From: an uncultured delta proteobacterium
GTDB lineage: Bacteria; Desulfobacterota; Binatia; UBA9968
Direction: 5' to 3'
NCBI GenBank assembly: GCA_963728565.1
Contig: CAVSLC010000020.1
Coordinates: 64,001 to 128,000, forward strand
Length of the DNA: 64,000 bases
Shown: positions 10,224 to 21,419 of the stretch, piece by piece
How the letters are laid out: each line of letters starts with the position of its first letter
Position numbering within the stretch: the first letter of the stretch is position 1
The notes under the pieces: generated by a model
The model's input: the letters and a program-made list of their open reading frames with translations, nothing else
Database searches by the model: none
What the model was told of the DNA's origin: nothing
Position numbers and translations under genes: made by a program

Positions 10224-10448
10224 TTAGTCGATCTCGACCAGCTTTTTTCGGGAAGATTGACCGCGAAGAACTCTCAAGGATGATTTAGGAACGGAGAAAT
10301 ATTTCGCCAGCAGTTCGACAACCTCTCGGTTGGCCTTTCCTGCCACAGGCGCGGCATGTACCGAGACTTGATACTCCTGCTGGGAGATTTTTACGATGTT
10401 TTCTTTCCGAGCTTGCGTTTTTACCTGAACAGAAATCCGAAACGACAT
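10224..10448 (-). CDS. DUF167/YggU (UPF0235) family protein
   Basis: VHAAPVAGKANREVVELLAKYF..PKS.L...GQSSRKK. Confidence 0.9.
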   Translation of the reverse strand: MSFRISVQVKTQARKENIVKISQQEYQVSVHAAPVAGKANREVVELLAKYFSVPKSSLRVLRGQSSRKKLVEID

Positions 10449-10590
10449 GGCAGTACGATAACGTATGTGGTTTCACAGGATCAAACCCAATCCACTGGCA
10501 GCGAAGTCAGCATCAGAAAGACTGTGATTGGACAACCCAAATTGGATCGGATAAGTCATAACGTTAAAAATAACGACGCGGAGGAAAAGC

Positions 10591-11652
10591 GTGACCCTGA
10601 TTCTCAGCAATGATGACATTCAGAAAGCGTTGACGATTAAGGAAAGCCTTGCCGTGATGGAAGAATCTTATCGTGAACAGGCTGCCAGCCGCGCCGTCAA
10701 CCGCCCCACTTGCCACTCATATTTGCCCCACTCGCTGCCCAATTCGACTTACAGTTTTAAATCGGTGGACGGCGGCGTTGGCAAGTATGGCGTTCTGGCT
10801 TTGCGGGTTACCTCGGATATCGTCCAGGAGCAAACGATCAACAACACTGTTCGGTTGGAAAAGATTCCACTCGCCGGCAAAGGTTTGTTTCTCGGACTGG
10901 TGCAACTCTTCAGCGCGCAAACGGGCGAGCTTTTAGCGATCATGCCGGACGGCTTTATTCAGCAGACCCGTGTCGGCGTCACCAGCGCACTGGCGATGAA
11001 ATTCATGGCGCGCAAAGATTCTAAAACACTCGGATTAATCGGATCGGGCGGGCAGGCGCGCGCGCATTACCGTTATATGACCGCCATACTGCCGATTGAA
11101 AAAGTAAAAGTCTTTAGCCCCAACCCCGAACACTGCAGAACGTTCACTGAACAAATGTCCAAAGAAACCGGCATTGCCGGCGAACCGGTTAACAGCCCTG
11201 AAGAAGCCGTGAAAGGCTGCGACATCCTATGCAGCGCGACCAATTCCTCCCGACCGGTGGTGAAAGTCGAATGGCTCGCCCCCGGCATGCACTACAACTC
11301 AATTCGTGAATTCGAGACAGACATTGGCGCTTTGGAAAAATGCGACGTGGTGGCCATCCATACACAATTCGGCGGCATTTATCATTACCAACCGCCCGGC
11401 ATCGTCGAGGATATGCCAGGTGTGCGCCGCGAAAAGCCGCGCGATTGGTCGCGCTACCCGGAAATTTGCGACATCGTCGCAGGGAAAGTCATTGGCAGAA
11501 ACAACGACCAGCAGATCACATTCTTTTTAAATAACGTCGGCACCGGGGTTCAATTTGCCGCCATGGGCTACTGCGCATTCAAGGCGGCAAAGGAGCAAGG
11601 CTTAGGTCATGAGATCCCCTCGGAGTGGTTCCTGCAAGACATCAAACCGTAG
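10591..11652 (+). CDS. Ornithine cyclodeaminase/mu-crystallin family protein
   Basis: Paralogue of 7844..8929 (MTLILSND start, TGELLAI, GLIGSGGQA, SATNS, GTGVQF); GGAGG RBS. Confidence 0.88.
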   Translation: MTLILSNDDIQKALTIKESLAVMEESYREQAASRAVNRPTCHSYLPHSLPNSTYSFKSVDGGVGKYGVLALRVTSDIVQEQTINNTVRLEKIPLAGKGLFLGLVQLFSAQTGELLAIMPDGFIQQTRVGVTSALAMKFMARKDSKTLGLIGSGGQARAHYRYMTAILPIEKVKVFSPNPEHCRTFTEQMSKETGIAGEPVNSPEEAVKGCDILCSATNSSRPVVKVEWLAPGMHYNSIREFETDIGALEKCDVVAIHTQFGGIYHYQPPGIVEDMPGVRREKPRDWSRYPEICDIVAGKVIGRNNDQQITFFLNNVGTGVQFAAMGYCAFKAAKEQGLGHEIPSEWFLQDIKP

Positions 11653-11658
11653 CGCCTA

Positions 11659-11782
11659 CAGGCTGCTGAAAAAGCCTCATATGCTTTGTTGCGCTCGCCC
11701 GACTCGCTTCAACGTACTGAAGCGTACGCCTCAGCTCGTCGAACTTCGCGCGCCTTGCTTCTGAGTCTTTTTGAGCAGCCTG
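11659..11782 (-). repeat. Palindromic intergenic repeat, copy 3 (inverted orientation)
   Basis: Reverse complement reads CAGGCTGCTCAAAAAGACTCAGAAGCAAGGCGCGCGAAGTTCGACGAGC...GGCTTTTTCAGCAGCCTG; a degenerate extra end TTCTTCAGCACACTGCTAAG follows near 11792. Confidence 0.9.
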
Positions 11783-11835
11783 GAATCAGAGTTCTTCAGC
11801 ACACTGCTAAGCATCTGGCCGGCCGTTGACTAAGC

Positions 11836-13144
11836 TTATTCCTGTGAGCGGCCAATCAGTGGACGGATGCCGACGACACTGAAGAGAAGTTCCCTGGTGG
11901 ATGCCTTCTGCGTCGGTCTAACCTCGCGAAAGGAACGCGCGAGCAGCAGGTAAAAACCTAGCCTGCAGAAGCACGAAACAGCAAAAAGGCTGAGCAAGCC
12001 GTAACCTAGCAGTGGCGGCAGCTGGGAGCCGAGAAAACCGCCGAGAGCGGAGCCAAGAAAAAGCGCGGCGCCATTGATAACGTTGAAGTACGCAATGCAA
12101 CGGACGCGTTTTTGTGGCGTCACGGCGTCGTAGATAAAGTTGGCGGCGCTTAGTGTAACCCCGCTCCAGGCAAACCCGCCCCAGATTTGAACCAGCATCA
12201 GGTACGCAGGGTCGTGGGAAATGAGCCAAAAGGCGGGAATGAGCGCGGCGAGGAAACGAACTCAGCCGCAGCACACGGACGTTGCCGACGAGGTCCGCAT
12301 GTCTTCCCCAGAGCGGCAGCGCCACGAGCGAAGCAAATGAGGAACAGACCTGGAGACCCATATAGGTCAAGTAACTAAATTGCAGGTCGCGCAGCATGAA
12401 GACGGCGAAAAACGGCGCCGATAAGTAAGTCGCAAACGTCAGGCAGGCGCTGAAGACCACGAATCTCAAAAAGTTGCTTTGCCTGAATCGAGCGATGAAC
12501 ATCAAGAACGTAAAATCGCTTGCGGGATCGCTTCTATGCGGCGGCTCATCCATGCGGCTGATGAAATAACCTGACGCGAAGCGGGCCAGTGCTGCCGAAC
12601 CGAATAAGAGACAAAACCCGGCGCTGTAAGATATTTCACCGAATGAATATAGGACCAAGCCCGATATGATGATGCTGGCTAAGGTCACTGCACCAACCGT
12701 CCGATTGCGCCAGCCAAAGTATCGGCCTCTTTTACTCGAGGGAATGTAATCGGTGATTAAGCTACCCCACGCCGGCCCGGCCAAGCCGCCGCATACCGCG
12801 ATCAGGATCAGTAGAGCGGTCAATAACTCCACCCGTTGCGCGGTGTCGAGCCAGGGCAGAATGGCGATGCAAAGAATCAACGAAGCTTGACATAAGACTA
12901 AACGCACCAGCAATTTAAGCCTGCCGCCAATCCAATGAATTACGCGGACTGCAAGGAACTGCGAGACGGATGCGAGCAGATGGGGCAGCGCGCTGATCAA
13001 ACCCACCTGTTGAACCGTGGCGCCTAAGAAAAGCGCCAGAGGGGTTGCGTAATGTTCGGTGATCCCGGCCATGAAGGCGGCAAAGATCCCGTCTTTAAAT
13101 GACGATCGGAGGCTCTCTCTAACGTCGACCCTTTTTCCTCTCAT
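11836..13144 (-). CDS. MFS transporter; frameshift near 12255
   Basis: ORFs 11918..13144 and 11836..12198 join into one multi-TM protein; PAWGSLITDYIP..RGRYFG, WGRHADLVGN. Confidence 0.82.
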
Positions 13145-13588
13145 TTTAGGTAGAAAAAGGATGAGGTATTTTCGGGGAAATTGCCAGCTGGGAATGAGCG
13201 CCAGGTTATTTACAACTTCTGGAAACTGGATTTACAATACGATGTCGCGCGGCTGATTCAGCTTGCTTTCAAACAGCCCGAAAACAGAGAGCTAACCCGG
13301 ATCCGATAGACAGTCACCGCTCAACTAATGGCAGTGACCGGGTGATCACCGCCGCCCAAGAAACGTACGTTCAGTGCCCAGGATCCAGCTTCTGTAAGAC
13401 AGTCGCCAGTTTTATCGGATTAGGGCTAATTATGGCACGGAAGGTTATCACCGAGACCAAGAACGATCAGCCCGAGTCAAACGCGCCGTCATGCTTGTCC
13501 CTTATCCACTGCCGCTGTTCGTCCAGCGGTGGATAATGTTACAGATTGCGAGCGCAGCTAAGCGAATGATCAGCAAGCGCCGGGCATT

Positions 13589-16500
13589 ATGAAGATTCGT
13601 TCGCACCTACTCTTTCTTGTACTCGGCACCCTCCTTCCAATCCTGGCTTTTTCCGCCGCGATGACCGCGGTCTTTTGGCGTGAACAACGTCAAGCTCTCG
13701 AGCAGCGCTTTGTCGACCGCGTGCGAGGAATGACCATCGCGCTGGATCGAGAGATCGATGGCAACATTCGTTCGCTCCAGATGCTGGCCGAATCACCACA
13801 TCTCCAATCCAATGATCTACTTAGCTTCCACGAACAGATCATGCGCGCTCGCTCGACGCAGAGTACTTGGGCAAATATTATCTTGAGTGATCCGGTCTCG
13901 GGTAGGCAGGTGATCAATCTTCGATATCCCTTCGGCAAGCCGCTGCCGGAAAACGTTGATAGACAAAAGCACACTTGCGTCAGTGGTAAAATCAGGGCGT
14001 CCATTTGTAGCGCCAATTTCGCAGGTACGCGTAGGTGGAAACTACATGACAACAATTGTAGTTCCAGCCAAAACAGGCAACGGGCGCCCCTATACATTGA
14101 TGGCCGTCATTGATCCGTCGAGCTGGTTACATTTTTTGTCTAACTACCCAGTTGCCACCGATGCAACACTGACTTTACTGGACCAAAACGGCATCATCAT
14201 CGCGCGCACACTGAATTCTGAACGATGGGTCGGTCAACTTCCCGCAGAGGGGCTGACGGTCGAAGCGCGCAAGGCGCCTGAAGGCTCATCGATAACTCAA
14301 GGATTAGAGGGACAATGGTTCTATACGGCGCATAGCCGCTCGAAGCTCGCAGGGTGGACCTTGGCTTCAGGCGTTCCCAAGGAAGGCGTTGAAGCCGCGC
14401 TGCGTCAATCGGTGCTGCTGATGGTTGCCGGAGTCGCGGCAACTGCGATCTTAGCGATCACGCTTGCTGGCGTCTTCGGCAGACGGATCGCTCGGCCTAT
14501 TTCTGAGCTGGCGCACTCCGCTCAGGCTTTGGCCACCGGCGAGCGCGTGAATGCTCATGGAGCCACCGAAGTTGCGGAGGTCGACGATGTTCGGGCTGCG
14601 TTCTCCTCGGCTGCGGACCGGTTGCGGGCTAAAGATTCAGCGCTCCGGGACAGCGAGGAGCGTTTTCGCAGCATGGCCGATACAGCGCCCGTGCTACTCT
14701 GGTTATCGGATGTCGATCAACAATGCACATATATCAATAAGCCCTGGCTCCATTTCACTGGTCGCACACTTGAACAAGAGCTGGGCGCGGGCTGGATGGA
14801 GAGCATTTACCCTGAAGATCGCCCGCGGTGTCTTGAAACGTATCGGACATCCTTTCATCGCCGCGAGCGCCTCGAAATGGAATACCGGCTGCGACGCTCC
14901 GACGGTGAGTACCGCTGGGTCTTGAATCGTGGTGCGCCGCGAGTGACCGACAATGGCGAGTTCATCGGTTATGTTGGCTCCTGCGTCGACATTACCGAAC
15001 GTAAACGAGTTGAGGAATCTCTGCGTGAAAGCGAGGCGCGCCTGCGGCTCGCGATGCGAACCGGCAAAGTCGGTGTCTGGGATTGGGACATTTTGGCCAA
15101 CCGAGTGGTGTGGACCGAATCTCTCTATGCGATTCACGGCGTGAGACCGGATGAGTTCGTTACCACCATCGAAGCGTTTGCCACGCTGCTCCACCCCGAG
15201 GACCGTGATCTGGTTTTGCACAGCCTTCAACGCGCTCTGGAGCACGATGCCCCCTATGAGCTCGAGTTCCGCGCGAATTCGACCGGATGGGCAGATCATA
15301 TGGCTGTTTACCAACGCGATGATATTGCGAAACGGCGGCGAACCGTTCCGTATGCTCGGCGCCACTATGGATATCACGCAGCGCAAACTGGCCGAAGAGA
15401 CAGTGCTCAGGCTACTTCATATTAGCGAACGACTTAACTCCACGCTCGATGTCGATACGCTGCTCGATGTTTTAGTTGGCGAGGCGATCCGGATTGTTGA
15501 CGGCGAGAGCGGCGTTTCCGGCCTTTATACCCCGGAGGGAATGGTTTGCCGCAAGTATTTACACAAAGGCAAACCGGTCCCATTCGATTATTGCTGGCGC
15601 CCAGCAGAAGGATTGCCGGGGCACATCATCAACGGAGAAACTGCCTTACCTGACCAATGAGGCCAATGCGGACCCAAGGACCGCGCAAGAGTTCTACGCT
15701 CGTTTTGAAGTCCGCAATGCCCTATCGATACCGATCCTGAATTTTCAGCGCGAGCTCATCGGCTTCTTCGAGATCCATAACAAAAACAGCGCCGGCGGAT
15801 TTACGGATCTGGACAAACGCACCCTGGTGGCGATCTCGGAGGCTGCTGCCACAGCGATCCAGAACAGCTTGGCTTACCGAAGAGTGCAGGAAGCCGAGGA
15901 ATCTTTGCGTGACGTCGATCGACGTAAGGATGAGTACTTGGCGATGCTGGGGCATGAGCTACGTAACCCGCTTGGAGTCATAAGCATGAGCGCACAGTTA
16001 CTGCGCGGGCAAGAGCCGTCATCGCCGGAATTGGCCGAGCTCCGCGATATTGTGGACCGTCAGGTGGAACATATGACCCGGCTGCTTGATGATTTACTTG
16101 ACGTATCACGAATCTCTCGCGGCCAAATGAAACTCAACCAAACTTTCTGTGATTTTTCCTCGCTTGTCCGGCAAACCATGCAGGATTATCGCTCCAAGCT
16201 CGAAACCAACGAGCTGCATCTCAAGATGGATATACCTGACCGGCCACTGTGGGTGATGGGAGATCGGACCAGGTTGGCGCAAACCATCAGCAATATCCTG
16301 CATAACGCGGACAAATTCACCGGCGCCGGCGGAACCATAACCGTTGCGCTTGAGGAGGAAGCTGCCGCCAAACAGGTTATCCTCACGGTGCGTGACACGG
16401 GCATCGGCATGGAACCAAAACTCCTGGCGCGCGTTTTTGAGCCATTCATTCAGGGCGATCACGGTATCGATCGGCGACCCGGAGGACTTGGACTGGGATT

Positions 16501-17076
16501 GCCGCTGGTCAAGGGTTTGATCGAGCTGCACGGCGGCCAGGTACGCGCTGCAAGCGCGGGCCGGGGCACGGATTCCAGATCACCATCCGGCTGCCGCTCC
16601 GAGATCAAGCCGCGCCTACAGCAAGACGGCTGAGCTCCGCCCCTGTTCACGCGAGCGCCTGCCGCATCCTGGTGATCGAAGACAACAGAGCGGCATCAAG
16701 AACAATGAACCTGTACCTGACCCATCAAGGCCATACTGTGCAAGCGGCGCACACCGGGCGCGAAGGTATTCAAGCCGCACGACGGTTCCAGCCTGATGTC
16801 ATACTCTGCGATATCGGCCTGCCGGAATTTGACGGTTACAAAGTTGCCCGGCAAGTGCGGCAAGAGCCGGAACTCAATCGCGTGTATCTGATCGGAATTT
16901 CAGGCTACGGACAGGAACACGATAAGGAGCGCGCCTGGCAGGCCGGCTTCAACGCCTATCTGGTAAAGCCTGTTGATATGTCGGAGCTCGAAACCTTGCT
17001 GGCGAAATTTCAAACCGACGCGGGGTATACGCGGCATGATGTGATTTGCACATCCAGCGCTGTTTGGGGCGGGTAG
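13589..17076 (+). CDS. Hybrid sensor histidine kinase (TM-Cache-TM-HAMP-PAS-PAS-GAF-HisKA-HATPase-REC), split by about 4 frameshifts
   Basis: Consecutive ORFs 13589, 13956, 15151, 15476, 16672; EYRLRRSDGEYRW (PAS), MLGHELRNPL, NILHNADKF, DTGIG, GLGLGL, CDIGLPEFDG, LVKP. Confidence 0.85.
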
Positions 17077-17285
17077 AACCTTCGCGTTATCAACACTGGT
17101 CTTGTCACTTCTGGCCAAACAGTCGCTCTTCCCTGGTAGGTTACGACAGGAAAACGTCAGACGCTCGCGTCACTTTAAAGTTTTGCCTATTACTTTCCTG
17201 CTCCCCTATTGAATCCATATCCAGAGCCGTCAGTATTGAAAAAGAGACAAAGGGGCGTCTTCCGTTCAAAGAGACCGTCAGAGTC

Positions 17286-18208
17286 GTGAATCAGCCTTTT
17301 CTAATCGGAACCTCAGGTTATTCATACCCTGGACCACCGCCCAAGGGCTGGCTCGGTGCGTTTTATCCGGAGCCAAAACCCAAACGCTTCGATGAACTCC
17401 GATTACTATTCGCAGATATTTAATACAGTGGAGATCAATTCGACGTTTTACCGGCCTCCCTCGACCAGCACTACTACAGCATGGGTGAAAAAGACTTCAT
17501 CCGACTTCAGCTTTGCCGTAAAGCTGTGGCAGAAGTTTACGCATCCGGTAAAGATTGGACGAAATAAGTCGGATGAAAAATGGCAGCCTCCGACGCAGGA
17601 CGATGTCGATCAATTCCGCACCGGTCTTGAACCCATCGCCGAGGCGGGTAAGCTCGGTGCGCTTCTGCTGCAATATCCCGCGAGCTTTCACTGCACGCCC
17701 GAGAACATGGAGCGAGTCGAGAGAACGCTACAACTATTCTACGATTATCCGAAAGTGGTCGAGCTTCGGCACAATACTTGGACTGAGCAAAGCGCCCAGA
17801 CAAAAATCTTGTTGGAAGGCAATAGAGCCAGCAGCGTCCTCATCGACGAGCCTAAATTTTCATCCTCCATACGCCAGGGCATCGAGACGATTGGCGAAAT
17901 CTTTTACTTCCGCGCTCATGGTCGCAACGCCAAGGCCTGGTGGAGGCCCAAGGAGTCATGGGAGCGATACGACTATTTATATTCCCGCCAGGAAATCAAA
18001 AAGATCGCCGAACGGATCGATAAGCGCGACAAGTGCGCCGGGGATAAAAAAGGGGTTTGCATTTTTCAATAATCATGCCCGCGCCAACGCCGCCGCTAAT
18101 GCCATCATGCTGTCCCAGGAACTCGGGTTACGCCCAAAAGCGATGCCCAGTGAAGCAATGATCGCTAAGTTTCCTGAAATTGTAAATGTTGAGCCGTCAT
18201 CTACTTGA
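17286..18208 (+). CDS. DUF72 domain protein; frameshifts near 17400 and 18020
   Basis: IGTSGYSY..W.G.FYP, FNTVEINSTFYRPP, LLQYPASF, VELRH, YFRAHGRN, YDYLYS, FFNNH across three frames. Confidence 0.85.
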
Positions 18209-18466
18209 TCGATGCGCATGCCGGCGGGTGTTTAGCTTACGAGCGGGCCGATAAGAGGTCGCGCTAGAAATCAACATGACGGCTAACAATAAGAATTCAA
18301 ACCTGCTGCGTCTCACCTCGTGAAAAATTCGCGCGCTGGAGCATGGTTCCAGAAGTTAGACGAATCGACGGCAAAGAGTTCACAGGTGATTAGTACACCT
18401 TCGAAAGATCGGCTTCGTTTAATGGTATTTCCGTTTCTCTGCACCCGCGGCGTTCATCAATCGGCG

Positions 18467-19540
18467 TTACAGCCGCGGTGTCTTGACCATCACGCTCGAA
18501 TCGATGCTCGCGATGGTCGGCCGGCCGCATTTCGCCATGGTAATTTCCATCTCTTCCCGAAGTATATCCAACACTCGCACGACTCCCTGCTCGCCATCGA
18601 CCGCGAGACCCCAAAATAGCGGACGGCCAATGAACACCGCCTTCGCTCCTAAGGCCAGGGCTTTCACCACATCGGCGCCTCGCCTGATGCCGCCGTCGAG
18701 AGAAATTTCTAGCTTTCCCTTCGCGGCGACAACAGCTTCAGAGACGACTTCCACCGGTGCCAGAGTATTGTCCAGATGCCGGCCGCCGTGATTAGACACG
18801 ATCACCCCGTCGATTCCTATTTCCGCGCACAACTCGACGTCCTCGCCTGTCATGATGCCTTTGGCAACAACCGGCAGGTTGGTTTGCGATTTGATCCATT
18901 CCAAGTCTTTCCAAGTGGCGGCCGGATCCGATCCTCCTTCGGCGCCGGCAGGCCGCGGCGCACTGCCCGGCGCTAAAGATTGTGCCGGATAGTTAACGCC
19001 CCGGGTTCGCCGATAGTTGTTGCGAATATTTCGCTCCCGCTTGGGCGGCCACTGAGAATCCAAAGTGACACAGATTGCTTCATAGCCCGCTTCTTTAGCG
19101 CGATCGAGCCAGCTTTTGGTCAGGCTCCGATCACGAAATGGATAGAGCTGCAGCCACAGATGGCCGGAGGCCGCTTTGGCCAATTCTTCAAAGGATGAGT
19201 TTGAATTGGCGCTGACCACCATGATCGTGCCCCGGGCCGCCGCGGCCCGATAGGTCGCGAATTCGCCCTCCGGATGAGCCTTTTTATGACCGCCGCACGG
19301 CGCGATCAGCACCGGCAGGCTCACCTTGGTTCCGAGCACGGTAGTCGAAAGGTCAAGCGCGCTCACATTGCGCAACACCCGCGGGCGCAGCGCCCAAGAT
19401 CCGAAGGCGCGGCGATTTCGTTCAACGCTGATCTCATCCGTGGCACCGCCGGCGATATAGTCGTATTCGCCTTTTGGCAGGCGCTCCTTGGCAATCGCTT
19501 CGAAATCAAAAAGGTTGATCGGCATCGAACTGGTGCTCAT
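18467..19540 (-). CDS. FMN-dependent alpha-hydroxy acid oxidase/dehydrogenase
   Basis: YIAGGA.DE, LRPRVL, WLQLY, KGI, VSNHGGRHLD, DGGIRRGADVVKALALGA, GRP; ATG 19540 with GAGG RBS. Confidence 0.93.
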   Translation of the reverse strand: MSTSSMPINLFDFEAIAKERLPKGEYDYIAGGATDEISVERNRRAFGSWALRPRVLRNVSALDLSTTVLGTKVSLPVLIAPCGGHKKAHPEGEFATYRAAAARGTIMVVSANSNSSFEELAKAASGHLWLQLYPFRDRSLTKSWLDRAKEAGYEAICVTLDSQWPPKRERNIRNNYRRTRGVNYPAQSLAPGSAPRPAGAEGGSDPAATWKDLEWIKSQTNLPVVAKGIMTGEDVELCAEIGIDGVIVSNHGGRHLDNTLAPVEVVSEAVVAAKGKLEISLDGGIRRGADVVKALALGAKAVFIGRPLFWGLAVDGEQGVVRVLDILREEMEITMAKCGRPTIASIDSSVMVKTPRL

Positions 19541-19646
19541 CTTATCCCTCCCACAATAAACTCTGGCTTTTGGCGGACGATTGATTAAAAATGGAGCGTG
19601 AGGCTCGACGGGGTCTCTCAAGCTGCGAGCTGATTTATTTAATCGG

Positions 19647-19898
19647 CTATTGTTTAGCTTTTAGTTGTCGGTCATTGTCTTTGAGAAAGGATCGGATCTC
19701 CTCGGCATGGTCAAGGAGCCTGACCCACTGCTCCTTGTAAAGGGTCACCGGAAACCTGCCGAGCCCGTACAGCGATAGGCCGCCTTTTTCGCTGACCTTC
19801 AGCCGCAACTGACCGGGCTTTCGCTCCACCTGTTGGCGCAGCGCCCGATTTTCCGCCTCGAGCCGCTCGAGCTTCTGCTCAGCCGTTTCTTCTGCCAT
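19647..19898 (-). CDS. Small hypothetical protein (coiled coil plus possible PC4-like domain), 83 aa
   Basis: GGAGG RBS before ATG 19898; KVSEKGGLSLYGLGRFPVTLYKEQWVRLL. Confidence 0.75.
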   Translation of the reverse strand: MAEETAEQKLERLEAENRALRQQVERKPGQLRLKVSEKGGLSLYGLGRFPVTLYKEQWVRLLDHAEEIRSFLKDNDRQLKAKQ

Positions 19899-20101
19899 AA
19901 TTCCTCCGATACTTTTAGGGCTGTATGTGAAACCCTTTACGCTACTTACACCGCTCACAGGACAGCTGCGCGTTCTCAGGACAATTTCTTATCGCAAAGC
20001 GCCGGAGAACGCGAGATCGAAGTCTCACTTCGTGCTGTAAAACCCGCAACGCGGCTGACCTGAGAATTTGTTCGGGACGATTGAAAATAAGGAATCAGAC
20101 C

Positions 20102-21193
20102 ATGATCGCTTCCATCAAGCCCGTGATCGTGGTCGAGGACGATTCGTTTCTGCGGGTGATCCAGCTCGTTCTCGACCCAACTGCACCCGACGAGCTTTTC
20201 GAGGCCTTCGCTCATTTCTGCGCCCATGATCTGCCGGATTTCCGCGGTTGGTGCGAGCAAGTCCGCGCCCGTGTGCGTCACTTGTATCCGGCAGATGTCC
20301 GGCTTGTGCGCGACTGCGCCGAATTGCTGGCAAATATTCCTGGAGCGAGCGCGCTGGTGGTCGAAGCGTTACCGCTCGGCGCGCAAGAGATTGCCGCAGC
20401 GGGCGGCAGCCTGCGGCTGGTCCAGAGATATGGCACCCTTACTCGTAACATCGATAAAGCCGCGTGCGGCGGCGCCGGTATTCAGGTAAAAACTCTCCGG
20501 CGCCGCGCTAATATTTCCACCGCCGAGCAAGCGCTGGCACTGATGCTCGCTTTGGCGCGCCAGCTCAATCAGAACGCCAATTTAATCAGCATCGAGCAGA
20601 TAAAAGCAGCGGGCTATACACCGACTCAGTATGACCGCGCGCGAACCCCCAACGGCAACTGGGCGCGAATCACCGGACTCAAAACCCTTTATGGTCGGCA
20701 ATTGGGCATCATTGGATTCGGGGAAATCGGCCGGGAACTCGCGCTACGGGCCTCGGCGCTAGGCATGCGCATCACCTATCACCAGCGCCACAGTCTCGTG
20801 GCGGCGGAAGAACAGCGCTATCAGGTGAGCTATTCGTCGCTGGGACAGCTTCTCGAAACATCCGACTGCATCAGCCTGCATCTCCCCCGCGGAGCGGAAA
20901 CTCGCGGCATCATCGGTCGCGCCGAGCTTGAGAACATCAAACCGGGCGCACTGCTCATCAATGTGTCACAGCCTTATCTCATCGACCGCGCCGCCCTATC
21001 GGATGCTCTCAAATCTGACCGGTTGGGCGGTTTCGCAATGGATAGCTTTTATGAAGAGCCGGCAGATCCCAATGATCCGCTGATAAAATTTAGAAATGTC
21101 ATTATTACCCCTCACCTGGCTGGTTCGCCCAGGTCGAATTCCCTAGACGATATAGCAGAGTTGCTGGACAATCTGGCGGACGGCTTGTCATAG
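20102..21193 (+). CDS. D-isomer-specific 2-hydroxyacid dehydrogenase family protein (atypical)
   Basis: STAE, GIIGFGEIG, SLHLP...ETRGII, EEP, TPHLAG; NVSQP where NxxRG is expected. Confidence 0.85.
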   Translation: MIASIKPVIVVEDDSFLRVIQLVLDPTAPDELFEAFAHFCAHDLPDFRGWCEQVRARVRHLYPADVRLVRDCAELLANIPGASALVVEALPLGAQEIAAAGGSLRLVQRYGTLTRNIDKAACGGAGIQVKTLRRRANISTAEQALALMLALARQLNQNANLISIEQIKAAGYTPTQYDRARTPNGNWARITGLKTLYGRQLGIIGFGEIGRELALRASALGMRITYHQRHSLVAAEEQRYQVSYSSLGQLLETSDCISLHLPRGAETRGIIGRAELENIKPGALLINVSQPYLIDRAALSDALKSDRLGGFAMDSFYEEPADPNDPLIKFRNVIITPHLAGSPRSNSLDDIAELLDNLADGLS

Positions 21194-21419
21194 TCAGCGC
21201 ATTCGATGACGAACTTCGTATTGGGAGTCACCGAGAAGCACGAAGCGGGACCGGCGCAACTCTCCATTAGATGAAGACAATCCGCCCGCGAACTTGATAC
21301 CTATCTTAACTCCGGTTTATATATAAGCTTCGAAGGAACGGACCCGTTGTTCGGAAAGCCCTTTCGGTTGGGCGTTACTGTTTACGACAGCGCTGATTAG
21401 TATATCCATAGGAGGACGC

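Noticed and set aside
13433-13450. TGGCACGG as a sigma54 promoter before the sensor kinase (similar motif near 44810-44827 on the minus strand)
   Set aside because: No GC at the required -12 spacing in either case.
13589-18208. Programmed frameshifting or pseudogenisation of the kinase and DUF72
   Set aside because: No shared slippery motif, and the same kind of break occurs in dut; sequence error is simpler.
21330-21400. Short hairpins in the amidohydrolase leader as a riboswitch
   Set aside because: Stems are only 4-6 bp and I recognise no aptamer consensus.
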